DNA from: Octopus vulgaris
Lineage: Eukaryota
NCBI GenBank assembly: GCA_951406725.2
Contig: OX597818.1
Location: 146,754,001-146,818,000, forward strand
Reading direction: 5' to 3'
DNA length: 64,000 nucleotides
Each line of letters opens with the position of its first letter. The first letter of the stretch is position 1. The notes below the pieces were generated by a model. The model did not search any database, had not been told where the DNA came from, and saw nothing but the letters and a program-made list of their open reading frames with translations. Positions 40,686-54,070 of this stretch are shown in pieces. The translations under genes were made by a program, and so were the position numbers.

Positions 40686-41210
40686 ATTTATTGAATAATA
40701 ATAAAAATGTAACTCTTTTCACGAAATAATAAGGAAGGGTTCAATATATTGAGCAAATATCAAAGTTCAAGGAGGGAGGGAAGACAGACTAGTTTATCAA
40801 CCTCCTTAAAATATTTTTTAAATACTAAACCTTAAAAAATTCTTTCTTTGATGAAGGAAATGCGACCACCAAAGTCGAAAGAATAACTTTTGCTTTGCGT
40901 ATTCCCTGAAACGATCGAAAGATATCTCACTTCATTATATTTTTATTTCAATCCTGAACTGCTTTATTTTATTTCATTCCAGGGCAATTTTAAATCACCT
41001 TACTCTATTTCATTTTACTTCATACTGTACTTCATACAAGGACTATTTTAAATCTTTTAAACATCTCACTTGCTCGTGATTTTGATTAATTTCTTTTATC
41101 TGATATAATTTTCTGTATATGTATTGTGATTATAATAAAAAATATAAATGTATATATTTGATTATATTCTCAATTGGAATATGTATTGGCCGGACTAGGA
41201 GGATGATAAA

Positions 41211-41535
41211 GTGTATATACATATACACAGAAAACCACTACTTTCAAAAACAAACGTTTCAAAGCGTTTAGAGTGGAGTAAAAACCTACAGAATTGGTCC
41301 TTAGAACAGTGGAAGAATGTTATTTTCTCGGACGAGTCATTCTTTACCTTATTTCCGACCTCCGGCCGAGTATACGTTTGGAGACAGCCAAAAGAAGCAT
41401 TTGACCCAGACTACCTTCTTCCAACTGTTAAACATGGAGGAGGATATGTGATGATCTGGGCGGGGGCTATATCTTGGAAATCCGCCGGCCCAATAGTTTC
41501 CTTTCATGGCAGAATTAATAGTCAAGACTATTTGT
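41211..41535 (+). mobile_element. Tc1-like transposase fragment
   Basis: RKPLLSK..KRLEWSK..W..VIFSDES.F...VWR...PTVKHGGGYVMIW. Confidence 0.88.
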
Positions 41536-41751
41536 AGTGATAATGGTGGAGGATATCACCTGCGCTTAACTCCATTTATTTATTTATGTATATTATACAA
41601 AATATTTCACGTAAACCCGGAGTTTTTACCTTTAAAAACAAAGAGTTACACCCTTTTTACTTGTGTGACTTTTTGCTACCCTGGTAACTATTTATCTATT
41701 TTTTCCGTGCTAATTGTTAACAAGGGAAAATACACACATCTATGTATATAT

Positions 41752-42808
41752 ATCACGTCATCCCATAAGTTGTGTCCGATTTTACCATTTTTAAAATTGA
41801 ATGAAATTTAATAGTATTTTAGTATGTCTAATGGAATTAAAAATTATTTTTATGCATTTGTGTACATTTAAACTAATTAAATATTATTTTACAGAATAAT
41901 AGAATTAAAATTTCTTTGATTAAAACCATTTCTAACATGGAAATATCTAAAGAGCATTTGAGGCACATAATGCTTTATGAGTACAAAAAAGGAAACTCTG
42001 CAGCTGAAGTGACTCGAAACATACACTCAGTTTATGGGAAAGAATGCTTGAATGAAAGAACTTGCAGAAGATGGTTTGCAAAATTCAGAAGTGGAGATTT
42101 CAGCCTTGAAAATAAAGATTGAACAGGACGTCCAGTTGAGTTTGATGATAAGCTCCTTGAGGTATTACGTGAAGAAAATCCTGCATTATCAGTCGCAGAA
42201 TTGGCAATAAAGCTTAGTCCAAACCCTACAATTGTTCATTGTCATCTTCAACAACTTGGAAAGGTTCCTAAACTTGGAAAATAGGTGTTTCATGAATTGT
42301 CCGAAAGCAACCGCAAATCCTGAGTTGACATCTGCTCTTCTCTCCATTCTCGCGAACTCATTTCACCCTTTTTGGATAGACTTGTGACTGGCGACGGAAA
42401 ATGGATCTTCTATCGAAATGTTAAACGTCGTAAACAGTGGCTTGGTAAAAGGGAAAAAGCTCAACCACAACCGAGAAGGGAACTTCATGGGGGAAAATGT
42501 TCTTCTCCCTATCTGGTGGGATTGCAAAGGAGTAATTCACTTTGAATTGTTACCACCTAGTGCAACAATCAATATTCAAGTCTACTGTCGGCAATTAAAT
42601 CGTTTAAACCAAGCTTTGAAGAAAAAAAGACCCGCTTTAGTGAATCGAAAAGGAGTGATGTTTCATCAGGACAATGCGCGACCCCACACTACAAAGATCA
42701 CAGAAGATCGAAGAGCTTGGTTGGGAAAAATTCTTCATCCACCTTATTCTCCCGATCTTGCTCCTTCAGACTACCATTTGTTTCGTAGTTTACAGAATCA
42801 TTTGGGGG
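41752..42808 (+). mobile_element. mariner (DD34D) transposon with a pseudogenised transposase, 3'-truncated
   Basis: ATG at 41937; EHLRHIMLYEYKKGNSA, VTGDGKWI, IWWDCKGVIHFELL, HQDNARPH, HPPYSPDLAPSDYHLF; multiple stops and frameshifts. Confidence 0.92.
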
Positions 42809-43998
42809 ACATAGCTTTCGCAGTAGATTATTTCCCTAACCATGGGAGCTATGAAAAAATACAAAGTCCAGCATCACCACCGGATCATTCTACACATCTG
42901 TAGAATAGAGTGTGTCAATAGCCAGCTGGAGGAGGTGTTTTCCTGGGGTTACCCATATGGGTTTGGCATCCACATATGTAACAGCTGGGTCAGTAATGAA
43001 TGCTTAGCTTTAAGACTTTCCTCTCGGAACCTCTACTGAACACAATCTTGATATTGTTGTTTTTCATACGTTATTGTTCTTGCTCTGTTCCTGCTCATTG
43101 TTGTTGTCGTTCTTGTTGTTGGTGTTGCTGTTGAGCGAACGGTCTTCGTCCCAGAGCTCGTAAGATGGAAGAAGTCCGAAACATGGTCCTTTGCTATTCG
43201 TAAGACCCGCAGGAGAGAAAGCAGGTCAACCCCCAACACCGAGAGCATCGACGGATGGATGAATGCGCATCCAGGCTCAGCGGTTGCGTAGGAAGTCGGG
43301 GACAAGAAACAGGAAGAAAGAGTGAGAGAAAGTTCGAGCGAAAGAGTACAGCAGGGGGGGGGGGGCGACCCCTGTTGTACTATCTTCCAGTAGTTGCTGA
43401 TTTTGCTGTTCTTGCTGATGATGCCGTAGTTGCCGAGGTTGGTACTGCTTTTGTTGTTGTTGTTCGCTGATGATTTAGTACTTGAGGCTTATGAGGTCCT
43501 AGTGTTGGCAGTAAGAAGGTCTTGTGGTTCTCTGTCTTTTGCTGAGGCTAGAAAACTCGCAAGTGGCCAGTCTCTCCACACAGGTGGTAACGAGGCCTTC
43601 TATTCTCAACCGTAACATGCAGCTCTTCCCCTCTCGGAAGGTGAATGAGGTCTGGTATCTTGAAGATTGAGTCTTGTTAGATGTAGAGTAGCACCTCTAC
43701 ATTGATCCCAGATAAACTTTCAGGATGGGCTCGCGTCACATCTAGGAAGCTGTTACTCCCTTCCAGGTCTATACACGCTTAAGTTCACCGTATATTTACC
43801 TCAGGTGGAATTCCTGAGATCTTCACTCTCACCATTCTCCTTCCTAAATATGATGGATGGAAAACATATTTTTCGTTCCGACAGGGAACTACGAAGTGTT
43901 TGACGGCTAAAAATTCACTCTTGAAGAGCAGTGAAATGCCAAGAAATTGCTTGGAACTCGGGATATACTAAATGCCGGGCATTATTTCTTTCAGAGTT

Positions 43999-44215
43999 AG
44001 GCGGTGAGCAAGCAGAATCGATAGCACGCCAGGCGAAGTGCTTAACGCTATTTCGTCCGACTTCACGTTCTAAGTTCAAATGCCGCCGATGTCGCCTTTT
44101 CCTTTCATCCTATCGGGGTCATTAAAGTAAATACCAGTGGAGTACTGGGATTAATGTAATCGACTATCCTCCTCCCCAAAATTTCAGGCGTTGTCCTTAT
44201 AGAAGAAAGGATCAT
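43999..44215 (+). mobile_element. tRNA-derived SINE, family B
   Basis: Homology to 13329-13560. Confidence 0.78.
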
Positions 44216-44371
44216 TTCTTTCGGCGCTTCTTCTCCGTCTGACTAGTTGTCTACGGTCATTTTCTGTTTGTAGAAACACTATATCACTTTCGTGTATCTG
44301 TGACTGTGCGAGCGCGTTAGTGCATCTGTGTGTGTGTGTGAGTGTGTGTGTTTGTGTGTGCGTGTGTATGT

Positions 44372-44437
<66 letters not shown>

Positions 44438-44851
44438 CCACCAATACTTCGATGAGTATGACTTTGTCAGCCCGTGGCATTCCGGGCTTGACGGGTTAGT
44501 CGCTTGAGCCAAATATATGTCTTTTTGTAGGATATCCATATCATACAGTTCAGTACCTTTAGCAGCAGTTTCTACAAAAGTATTGTTGTTGTTTTTTTTG
44601 TTATTGTTATTCTCCTTGGCAGTATTGTTGCCGTGTTTGTGTTTAAAATTATTTTTCTCAAAACAAAATGTAAATATCCTTCTCAAATCTGAGTTCCCAA
44701 AAGGGACACAAACAAACAAACAAACCACACTTATGCGATGCTGGTGGCTTCGACAAAAGTTTTGTAACAAAATTAAACAATTAACAACTTTCAAAGACAC
44801 AAATAAACAGACAAACTTACGAACGGTAACTACAAGCGTCCCGCCATTACG

Positions 44852-44889
<38 letters not shown>

Positions 44890-44970
44890 TGATAATAATA
44901 ATGATAATAATAATAATGATAATAATAATAATAATAATAATAATGTTAATGGTGGTGATGGTGGTGGTGG

Positions 44971-45017
<47 letters not shown>

Positions 45018-45125
45018 GTGATTATGATCAGTAAAATGCACGTGGGCTACAGTCCATTCTTTGTCGTTTCTGCGAAAATATTTGAAAAATACGACAACAT
45101 AAACAGCAGAACAATTTCTAACGGG

Positions 45126-45176
<51 letters not shown>

Positions 45177-46141
45177 TTACTTAAAAATAAAATATATATG
45201 AGAAAAAGCGAGAAACCATTGGTAACGTGTCGGAAATATCCCTTTGAATATATTGGATCAGTTGACTAGTGAATGGATAGATTAGGAAGTGTTTGTTTGG
45301 CCTTAGTCAATATTTGGGAGTTATGTGGTTATCTAAATACAGCAGGGATTTAAAGATGGATAGTTGTTAATATTGTAAATCACAGATGCGAAAACCAAGA
45401 TATTTTTTTAGTTTTATTCGTTACATTTTAGTTTCTATATTTTTATTTTTGATTTTTATATAATTATTTTGTATTTACTTTTTATTTTTACGCTTTGTAT
45501 TTTTGTTTTATATTTTTATATATTTCTACTGATATTGTTTTTATATTTTATTTCTTATGCTTTTATTTTGTAATTTTTTTTATTTTTATATTTTCCTTTT
45601 TCTTTTACATCTTTATATATTATTTTTATTTTTATATATTTATGCTTCATATTCTAAAGGGATTTTTTTTTATTTTCATATCTCTTATTTATATTGATAA
45701 ATGCGGATGACGGATGGATTTATGGGTAGGTGGATGGATGGATGGACGGATGGATGAATAGAAGAGAAAAAAAGGAATGACTAAAAGAATGGATGGAGAA
45801 TAAAAGGAAGATTGGAAGAAAGTAATGAAACAATCACTTTTCTCATATTCATTGCATGATAATGGCAACATATGCTATAATGTTACGGATTCCGGATTAC
45901 AGCTTTTGTCTCAAATAAAATATATTCATAGCGGAAAGTTAAAAAAATATTCACTTTTAAGCTATTCGTGTGTGCGTTATAAGTGCATGTGTGGGCGTGC
46001 TTGTGTGTATGTGTGTGTGTGTGTATGTATATATACACACACACAGACACCGAGATAGATGGAGAGAGATACATATGCATACAGTACATGCTTAAATATA
46101 CTTATATATACAGAGAGAGAGACAGAGAGAGACAGACAGAC

Positions 46142-46240
<99 letters not shown>

Positions 46241-46677
46241 ATTATTTAGATTGCTAACGGTTTAAAAAAAATAATTCCTCTTATGAAAATGCATATTTCA
46301 TATTTGAAGCATAATTATATATTTAAGGTATCTTTTTCGTATTCCATTAGCAAAAACATTGTAGTTATGCATGTTTTAAACATTAATACGCTCTCTCACA
46401 TACGGAAGTCTTGTTTCATCAAGCAATTTGCCATTTATATTCGGTTGGATGAAAACAGTGACTACAATGGAGGATAAGTAGGAAATATACCCAGACACTC
46501 GCTCTGCTTTGAAAATCAAATGATATGTTCCATGCAAACATACGAGATATATTGAACCAAGAAGTAGTAAATTAAACCTTTGATGAAGGGTATAAAATGT
46601 TTAATTATCAATTCTGACAAAGAAATTGGGAAGAAACAACCCTGAAATTTTAATTGATGAAAAAAAATTATGAAAAG

Positions 46678-46886
46678 GGGCAGGAGTGGCTGTGTGGTAA
46701 GTAGTTGCTTACCAACCACATGGTTCCGGGTTCAGTCCTACTGCACCTTTGGTAAGTGTTTTCTACTATAGCCTCGTGCCGATTAAAGCTTTGTCAGTGG
46801 ATTTGGTAGACGGAAACTGAAAGAAGCCTGTCGTATATATGTATATGTATATATATATGTGTGTGTGTGTGTGGGTGTGTGTATGC

Positions 46887-46917
<31 letters not shown>

Positions 46918-47160
46918 CGTGTGTGCGTGCGTGCGTGTGTGTGTGCGTTTGTGTGTCTTTGTTTGACCCCCTCCCAACATCGCTTGACAACCGATGCTGG
47001 TGTGTTTACGTCCCCGTAACTTAGCGGTTCGGCAAAGGAGACCGATATAATAAGTACTAGGCTAACAAAGAATAAGTCCTGGGGTCGATTTGCTCAACTA
47101 AAGGTGGTGCTCCAGCATGGCCGCAGTCATATGACTAAAAACAAGTAAAAGAGTAAAGAG
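46678..47160 (+). mobile_element. tRNA-derived SINE, family C, full length with internal (TA/TG)n
   Basis: ggagtggctgtgtggtaag head, ggttcagtcc B-box-like, tail gctccagcatggccgcagtc..acaagtaaaagagtaaagag. Confidence 0.88.
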
Positions 47161-48124
47161 TGAGCAATTCAGTAAGAAATCTGTTTGATCTATGTAATTT
47201 AATAAATGTCGTCAATGAAGTAGAGTCTTTGGACTGCTGCCAGACAGATATGGTCTACGTGCGACTTCTTGTACTCCGACAGCATTTTCGATCGCGCTCG
47301 TCTTTGGACTACTTTCTCGTTTGTCGTGCCCACGCTTTCGTTTTGCGTCCGATTCTCCTTCGTTGTGCTTTTCTCCATACGCTACAGAGCCATAGCTTTG
47401 TGAATATTTTGTTCTAACCAGTTCTAATATTGCATGTAATGACAAGGCGGTAAGCTAGCAGAATCGTTATTACACCAGGCAAAACGTCCGTCTTCATGTT
47501 CTGTGTTTAAATTCCGTTGAGGTCATCCTTTCAGGGTTGATAAAATAAGTACCAGTTACCTCTCCCCTGAAATTGCAGACCTTGGACCGAAATTTGAAAC
47601 CAATATTACATGTAATGACACCACTGACCTTAAAATATATAAGGAGCACTGGCAAAACTGAATTCGCCAGTGTAGAGTGCTCATTATCCCTTATATTGTG
47701 AGTTGAATAAAGAAATTAATGAATGGATGAATATTCTCGTCCTTAAAGACGTGTATAGAGGGTCTCAGACACAAGCCATTCGTTGCATCTCATACTGTTT
47801 TTGGGGTTATTAAGGGAGGGTAGGCCTTGAGTTCTCTTCCGAATAATTTAACTCTCAGGGTAGACTCCTTTGGCTTTTGCCTTTTGATCAAACGCTCACA
47901 AACAGCGAGGGTTTGTGTGCAATGTTGTTCTCTTATTTTGGCTGCCTTTCAACGCTGAGGAGCTTCAACCAATTATACTACAGGTGTAGCTGTGGACACA
48001 TTAGAGCCTTCTCCTAGACACATACTTTTACAAAAGCTAAGGAGGTACCTCATTCCCGGCAGTGTTTCAACATGCTGGACATTAACCCGGAATTTTTAAG
48101 TTCCTGCACAATACAGACCAGTCT

Positions 48125-48715
48125 AGAATTTATATGGAAATATAAAAATACACTTCAAAAGTGGAAAAACGTCCCGGGAAGATGATGAGCGATCTGGAAG
48201 ACCTGGCACTAGAGTCACTTCCGGAAATGTGGTATTGTGCATCAAGAATTCCTTCTCCGGGGCCAGACCGTCAATCGAGAGTTCTAGTGCAACGCTTTGA
48301 AGTGGTTGAGGGAGGACATTCGGCGAAAGCGACCGGACCTTTGGAGCGTGATGAATTAGATTCTTTCCAGAGCTCTCTTCACTCGTGAGTTTCTCGCCAA
48401 AAGTACCATGGTGTCGCTTCCGCACCCACCCTATTCGCCATATTCAGCACTTGCAGACTTCCCCAAGATGAAAAGGCAGCTCAAAGGTCGCCGTTTTAAC
48501 ACGGTTGTCGAGATCCAGAGCAAATCGCAGAAAGTTCTCGACTCGCTTGCGGAAAACGACTTCCAGGCCGGATTCCAAAAGTGGCAGGAACGCTGGAACC
48601 GATGTATTGCTGCGCAGGGTGACTATTTCGAAGGAGATGAAGTTTAAAATTAGGTAAATAAGTTATTTTTTTTTATTATACATAACTAGTCCTGAAATCG
48701 TTTGATACAACCTCG
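48125..48715 (+). mobile_element. mariner remnant with a 3' TIR
   Basis: LPHPPYSPYSALADFPKMKRQLKGRRF...WQERWNRCIAAQGDYFEG; ends ..caacctcg|ta. Confidence 0.85.
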
Positions 48716-49569
48716 TATATCGTATATACCCACACGTGTATGTGTATGTGTGTGTGTGCATGTGTGTGTGTGTGAGTGCCAGCATGGACAAGGCTCTCTT
48801 GCTGGAACTAGCTAAAGGAAATATGAGTGTGTGTAACGGATATATATGTATACGGCTAGTGCTATTAAAATGTCTTTCTATTTGTCCCTCTACTTTTCTG
48901 TTTATTAATGTCAATATTTCTTAGCCTTTCTCTAACACATTATACTTGTTTCTCATTAATATTTTATTTTATTCTTTTGCTATTTATGGGAAAGGGAAAG
49001 ATTCTGTGTTTGTAGCATCATCTTATATATTAATGTGCATCCATATATTGATATTTTTCCAACTCCGTAAATACACATAATTGTATAGCTGTCTGGTTTA
49101 AAGTACAAATTTAATTTTAGATATAAAAGAAAATTTTCACTACCATCATCATTATCACCATCATCATCATCATCATCACCATCATCATCATCTCCATCAT
49201 CATCGAAAGAAAATGCCCTGTGATATTCCCTCCAGCTCTTTGCGTTCGTCGTTTAAAGACAACGAGATTTGTTGTAACTGCCTTTCCCCCTCCGTCTAAA
49301 TCAATGAAAAAATATAGAATAAATTTAAAATATAATTTAGTGACGTAAATGGAATAACCGTTCGCAACCGAAACTGTCACGAAATCAGTTTAAGAACATT
49401 TTCGTTTTACTTTAAGTTATCTGCTACAATAGTTACACATATGGGCTTCTTAAACAGACAATGATCCTTCGATTTATTGGTCTTATGGTTTCACCCAAGT
49501 CTTCTCCTGGAGCTACCATTTAGAAGTCATTTTGTTGGTTATTATAACGTTGATGTATTGTATGACTAG

Positions 49570-49888
49570 AAGGCGCGTGGCTTAGTGATTAGAGTATTCA
49601 GCTCAAGGTTGTAAGGTCGTGAGTTCAATTCCTGGCGACTCGTTCTGCCCTTGAGCAAGATATTTTATTTCACGTTGCTCCAGTTCATTCATCTTACGAA
49701 AATGAATAGTACCTGTGTTTCAAAGGGCCAGCCTTATCAAATTCTATATCACGCTGAATCTCCATGAGAGCTACGTTAAGGGTACATGTGTCTGTGGAGT
49801 GCTCAGCCACTTGCACGTTAATTTCACGAGCAGGCTGTTCCGTTGATCGAATCAACTGGAACCCTCGTCGTCGTAACCGACGGAGTGT
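49570..49888 (+). mobile_element. tRNA-derived SINE, family D
   Basis: Homology to 39575-39885; tail-to-tail with the adjacent family C copy. Confidence 0.85.
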
Positions 49889-49889
49889 C

Positions 49890-50408
<519 letters not shown>

Positions 50409-50435
50409 ATAAAAGTATTGCAAGAAAAATGTTAT

Positions 50436-50527
50436 CACCCGCAGAGGGACTTGAACCCGCGACCTTCAGATTTCATCACTCGACTGTACATTAAAGTCTG
50501 ATGCTCTACTGGCTGAACTATGTATAC
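50436..50527 (-). tRNA. tRNA-Lys-derived gene or pseudogene with a 19-nt intron (50472-50490) and a TTA anticodon
   Basis: gtatacatagttcagccagtagagcatcagacTTTAA[tgtacagtcgagtgatgaa]atctgaaggtcgcgggttcaagtccctctgcgggtg; acceptor stem 5' strand degraded. Confidence 0.7.
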
Positions 50528-51654
50528 GTGTGAGGGTGTCTCTTTGTGTTTGTGCGTGTTCCTGTAACCTAGCGGTGTGGGAAAATGACCGATAGAATAA
50601 GTAGCAAACACATAAGTACTGGGATCGATGACTAAAACAAATAAAAATAACCCTGTTTTACTGGGACCCCGAGATTGATGGTGGAAGGGAGGTAGTTATA
50701 CTCATGCCAAGAGTCTTAATCCTTTCGACAGAATGGACTTCCAGGGACCAGGTAGTAGTGTTAAGTTTACCAAAGTAAAAAAAAAAGGTAATCTCTGCGG
50801 CAGGCTGTCACACAGATTACAGTCGCAAAACTTTGGGTTTCTTACGATTATGGTAGAAAACACTTGCCAAAAATGGAATTGGAATGGAAACGCGAAGTTG
50901 CCAAGTCGGCTTCTCAAACACACAGCCATTGCTTGCGCCGTCGAAATTGATTCGCTTCTGCGACATTAATAACTGCTTTGACGTCCTCGGGCGCCGTCAT
51001 TCGGCTTTGCAAATTGCTGATCACTCACAACTCACAGCAGCTGACATATTGGCTGAACTCTAATAAAGATTTTTAATTGCAATAGCGACCGACAGTTCTG
51101 TGATATTATTGCAATCAAATGTCTACTCTTTACAACATCTTTTCACTGTTCTACATCTGTCCTTCCTTCACTCAGTTCAGACTATACAAATGGGAATATA
51201 CGTACACGCACGCACGCTCTCGTAGGCACTATATTCACAAATACACGAACGCATACAGACATACATACATACATACATACATACATACATACATACATAC
51301 ATACATACATACATACATACACGTGTGTGCGCGCATGTGTGTGTATACATATATGTACGTATATGTATATATGTATGTATATGTAAGTGTGAATCACTCC
51401 ACGACAAAGTAATTTGTTAATAGTGCTCTTATGTAATCAGTATTTTTGCCGTACTGATTTTTTAAAAGTTTTTTTTTTCCTTTTTTTTATTTTTTATTTT
51501 TTCTTTGACAAGGTAATTTATTACAGAGAGGAAGAATGAATTGAAATTTGTATCATTCGTATACATGGTGAACTGCTACCAACTAAGAACAGAAACAAAT
51601 TCACCCGTGAGGAACTCACCTTGCATTTTATTCAACGTATTCCTGTAAATTTTC

Positions 51655-51727
51655 AACCGCATAGCTCAGTCGGTAGAGCATCAGACTTTTAATCTGAGGG
51701 TCGCGGGTTCAAGTCCCTCTGCGGGCG
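51655..51727 (+). tRNA. tRNA-Lys(TTT), probably a variant or pseudogene (acceptor pairs 1-2 and one T-stem pair mismatched)
   Basis: aaccgcatagctcagtcggtagagcatcagacttttaatctgagggtcgcgggttcaagtccctctgcgggcg closely matches eukaryotic tRNA-Lys-UUU; TTTT terminator 10 nt downstream. Confidence 0.85.
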
Positions 51728-51940
51728 ATGCAATACTTTTAACGGCTGTGCCCCAGCATGGCCACAGCTCGTGAGCTGAAACTAGATAAAATTAAAAAAA
51801 GGAATGGGATGTTGTGACATACATTATTTTCCATAATATATCAAAGATAAACGAAAATAAATCGTTCGTCGGATAATCGTCTTGTCTTAAAAATGAGAAC
51901 ACATTTTATATTACAGCTCTGAAGACACTATGCCTGAAAT

Positions 51941-52240
51941 AAAAAGGCCCTAATAATTTGATCATAAAAAGGCCCTAATAATTTGATCATAAAAAGGCCC
52001 TAATAATTTGATCATGAAAAGGCCCTAATAATTTGATCATAAAAAGGCCCTAATAATTTGATCATAAAAAGGCCCTAATAATTTGATCATAAAAAGGCCG
52101 TAATAATTTGATCATAAAAAGGCCCTAATAATTTGATCATGAAAAGGCCCTAATAATTTGATCATAAAAGGGCCCTAATAATTTGATCATAAAAAGGCCC
52201 TAATAATTTGATCATGAAAAGGCCCTAATAATTTGATCAT
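51941..52240 (+). repeat. Minisatellite, 12 x 25 bp (aaaaaggccctaataatttgatcat)
   Basis: Exact 25-bp period with rare single substitutions. Confidence 0.97.
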
Positions 52241-52427
52241 GAATACTGTATATGTTTTGATTATTTCCCATCACTACGTAATTATTTCTAGTCAGCTATC
52301 TCACGCTTACTCTCTATTAGATATTTAACCACTAACTCAACTATTGCTTGCAATAGTGATCTTTACCCTGCGCTCTTAAGCGAACGCATGGTCTTGTAAT
52401 CACTCGTCTGTTTTTTGTGTTTTTTTA

Positions 52428-52609
52428 AATTGAACTTACAACTTTCCCGATAAACAATTGGTCATATTATTCTGTTCACTTTCTTTCTCATATGATTAGA
52501 CCCCTCGTTTGCGTGTGTACTTATGCACGTAGATACATGTGGGTACATACATACTTAAATAGATATGCGACTCTGTGTGGGTGTGCGGATGTGTGAGTGA
52601 GTGCGTGCT

Positions 52610-52653
<44 letters not shown>

Positions 52654-53045
52654 TATATGTGTGTGTGGCGTGTGTGTGCGTGTGTATGTGTGTGTGTGTA
52701 CAGTGATGGATTCGGGGGTTTCGTTTATTTACGTCCTGATTTCTTAACTTCACAGGAGTATAAATACCTATAATAGTGATACTAAAAACTAAATAAATAA
52801 TAAATAATTAAAAATCGAACTTACAAATTTCCCGATAAGCAAGTTGTCACATTATTTTATTCACTTTCTTTTTCAGAGGAATCGACCCTCGTTTGCGTGT
52901 GTATAGATCATGGTGCACTTAAGCGCGCAGACACGTGTGGGTGTATATGTGTGTGTGTAGTGATGGATTCGAGGGTTTCGTATATTTTCGAGTTGATTTC
53001 TTAATTCCACTGGAGTATAAATACCTATAATGGTGATCATTAAAA
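52428..53045 (+). repeat. Diverged tandem duplication (two units)
   Basis: gaacttacaa..ttcccgataa..ttcactttcttt..ccctcgtttgcgtgtgta and gtgatggattcg..ggagtataaatacctataat each occur twice. Confidence 0.8.
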
Positions 53046-53650
53046 ATGTTTTGAAAAAAATTAATTTAATTCAGTTGAAAAGCATGGGTAAGAAACGCAT
53101 TGTAAGCTATACTATGATATTTGTACATGTATATGTATATATTTATATGACGGACTCTCTCGTCGAAGACAACGTATGAGCATTCAGCCTCTGCCAATCG
53201 ACCTGCATAAATGATTTGTTTAAAGTGATCAAATGTTCGTGCCGCATATTAGCTCAATCTCTCTATCAAATCGACATTATCTGAAGAGGTGTACTGTGTA
53301 CCTACCACACGTCAGGTGCTGAAGTGAGCGCCGAGCAACGTGAGATGAAGTGTTTTGCTCAAGAACAGAGCGCACCACAGTGTCTAGGATTTGAAATCAC
53401 GATCTAGCGATCGTGAGTGCAGCACCCTAATCACAAGGCCATGCACCCTCACATATGTATATATACATACGTATGCATATATATATGTGTGTGTGTGTGT
53501 GTGTACGTACACACACACTCACACATTTATGTATATCTATATATACTTGTATAGTACATCAATTTCTTTTAGCTAAACCGAAAGACAGCTATGTTCATTA
53601 TAACATGTTGAGCTGCACTTTTAAACTTTCCCAAAGACCAAGCAATTAAG

Positions 53651-53681
<31 letters not shown>

Positions 53682-53869
53682 GCATGTTTTCATATATGTA
53701 TGTATGAATGAATGGCAAATTTGACCCTGATAGAATTTAGATTAAGAATGTAAAACGACGAAATGAAATTCTTCATAGTGTTGTAACCGTTTCTGCCTCA
53801 CTCATAATATTAAGGGCAACTTGCTTACATATGTTTGTAATAATTCTTTCTTTCTACAACAGGCACAAA

Positions 53870-54070
53870 CCCGGAAATTTTGGGGCAAGTGGGGGGGGGG
53901 GGCTTGTCGATTACACCGACCCCAGTACTCAATAAGTACTTATTTTGTAGACACCCAGACAGGATAAAAGTCAAAGTCGTCCTTGGTGGAATTTGAACTT
54001 AGAGGATAAAGTCGGAAGAAATACCGTGAAGCATTTTGCCCGGTACGCTAACGATTCTGCCAGCTCACTA
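53870..54070 (-). mobile_element. tRNA-derived SINE, family B
   Basis: Reverse complement of the family B head (gagctggcagaatcgttagcgtaccgggc). Confidence 0.78.

Noticed and set aside
41916-42903. Domesticated SETMAR-like gene
   Set aside because: Multiple stops and frameshifts, no SET domain, and a second decayed copy at 10.5 kb
51941-52240. CRISPR-like repeat array
   Set aside because: 25-bp units are contiguous with no spacers, no cas genes, and the context is eukaryotic; it is a minisatellite
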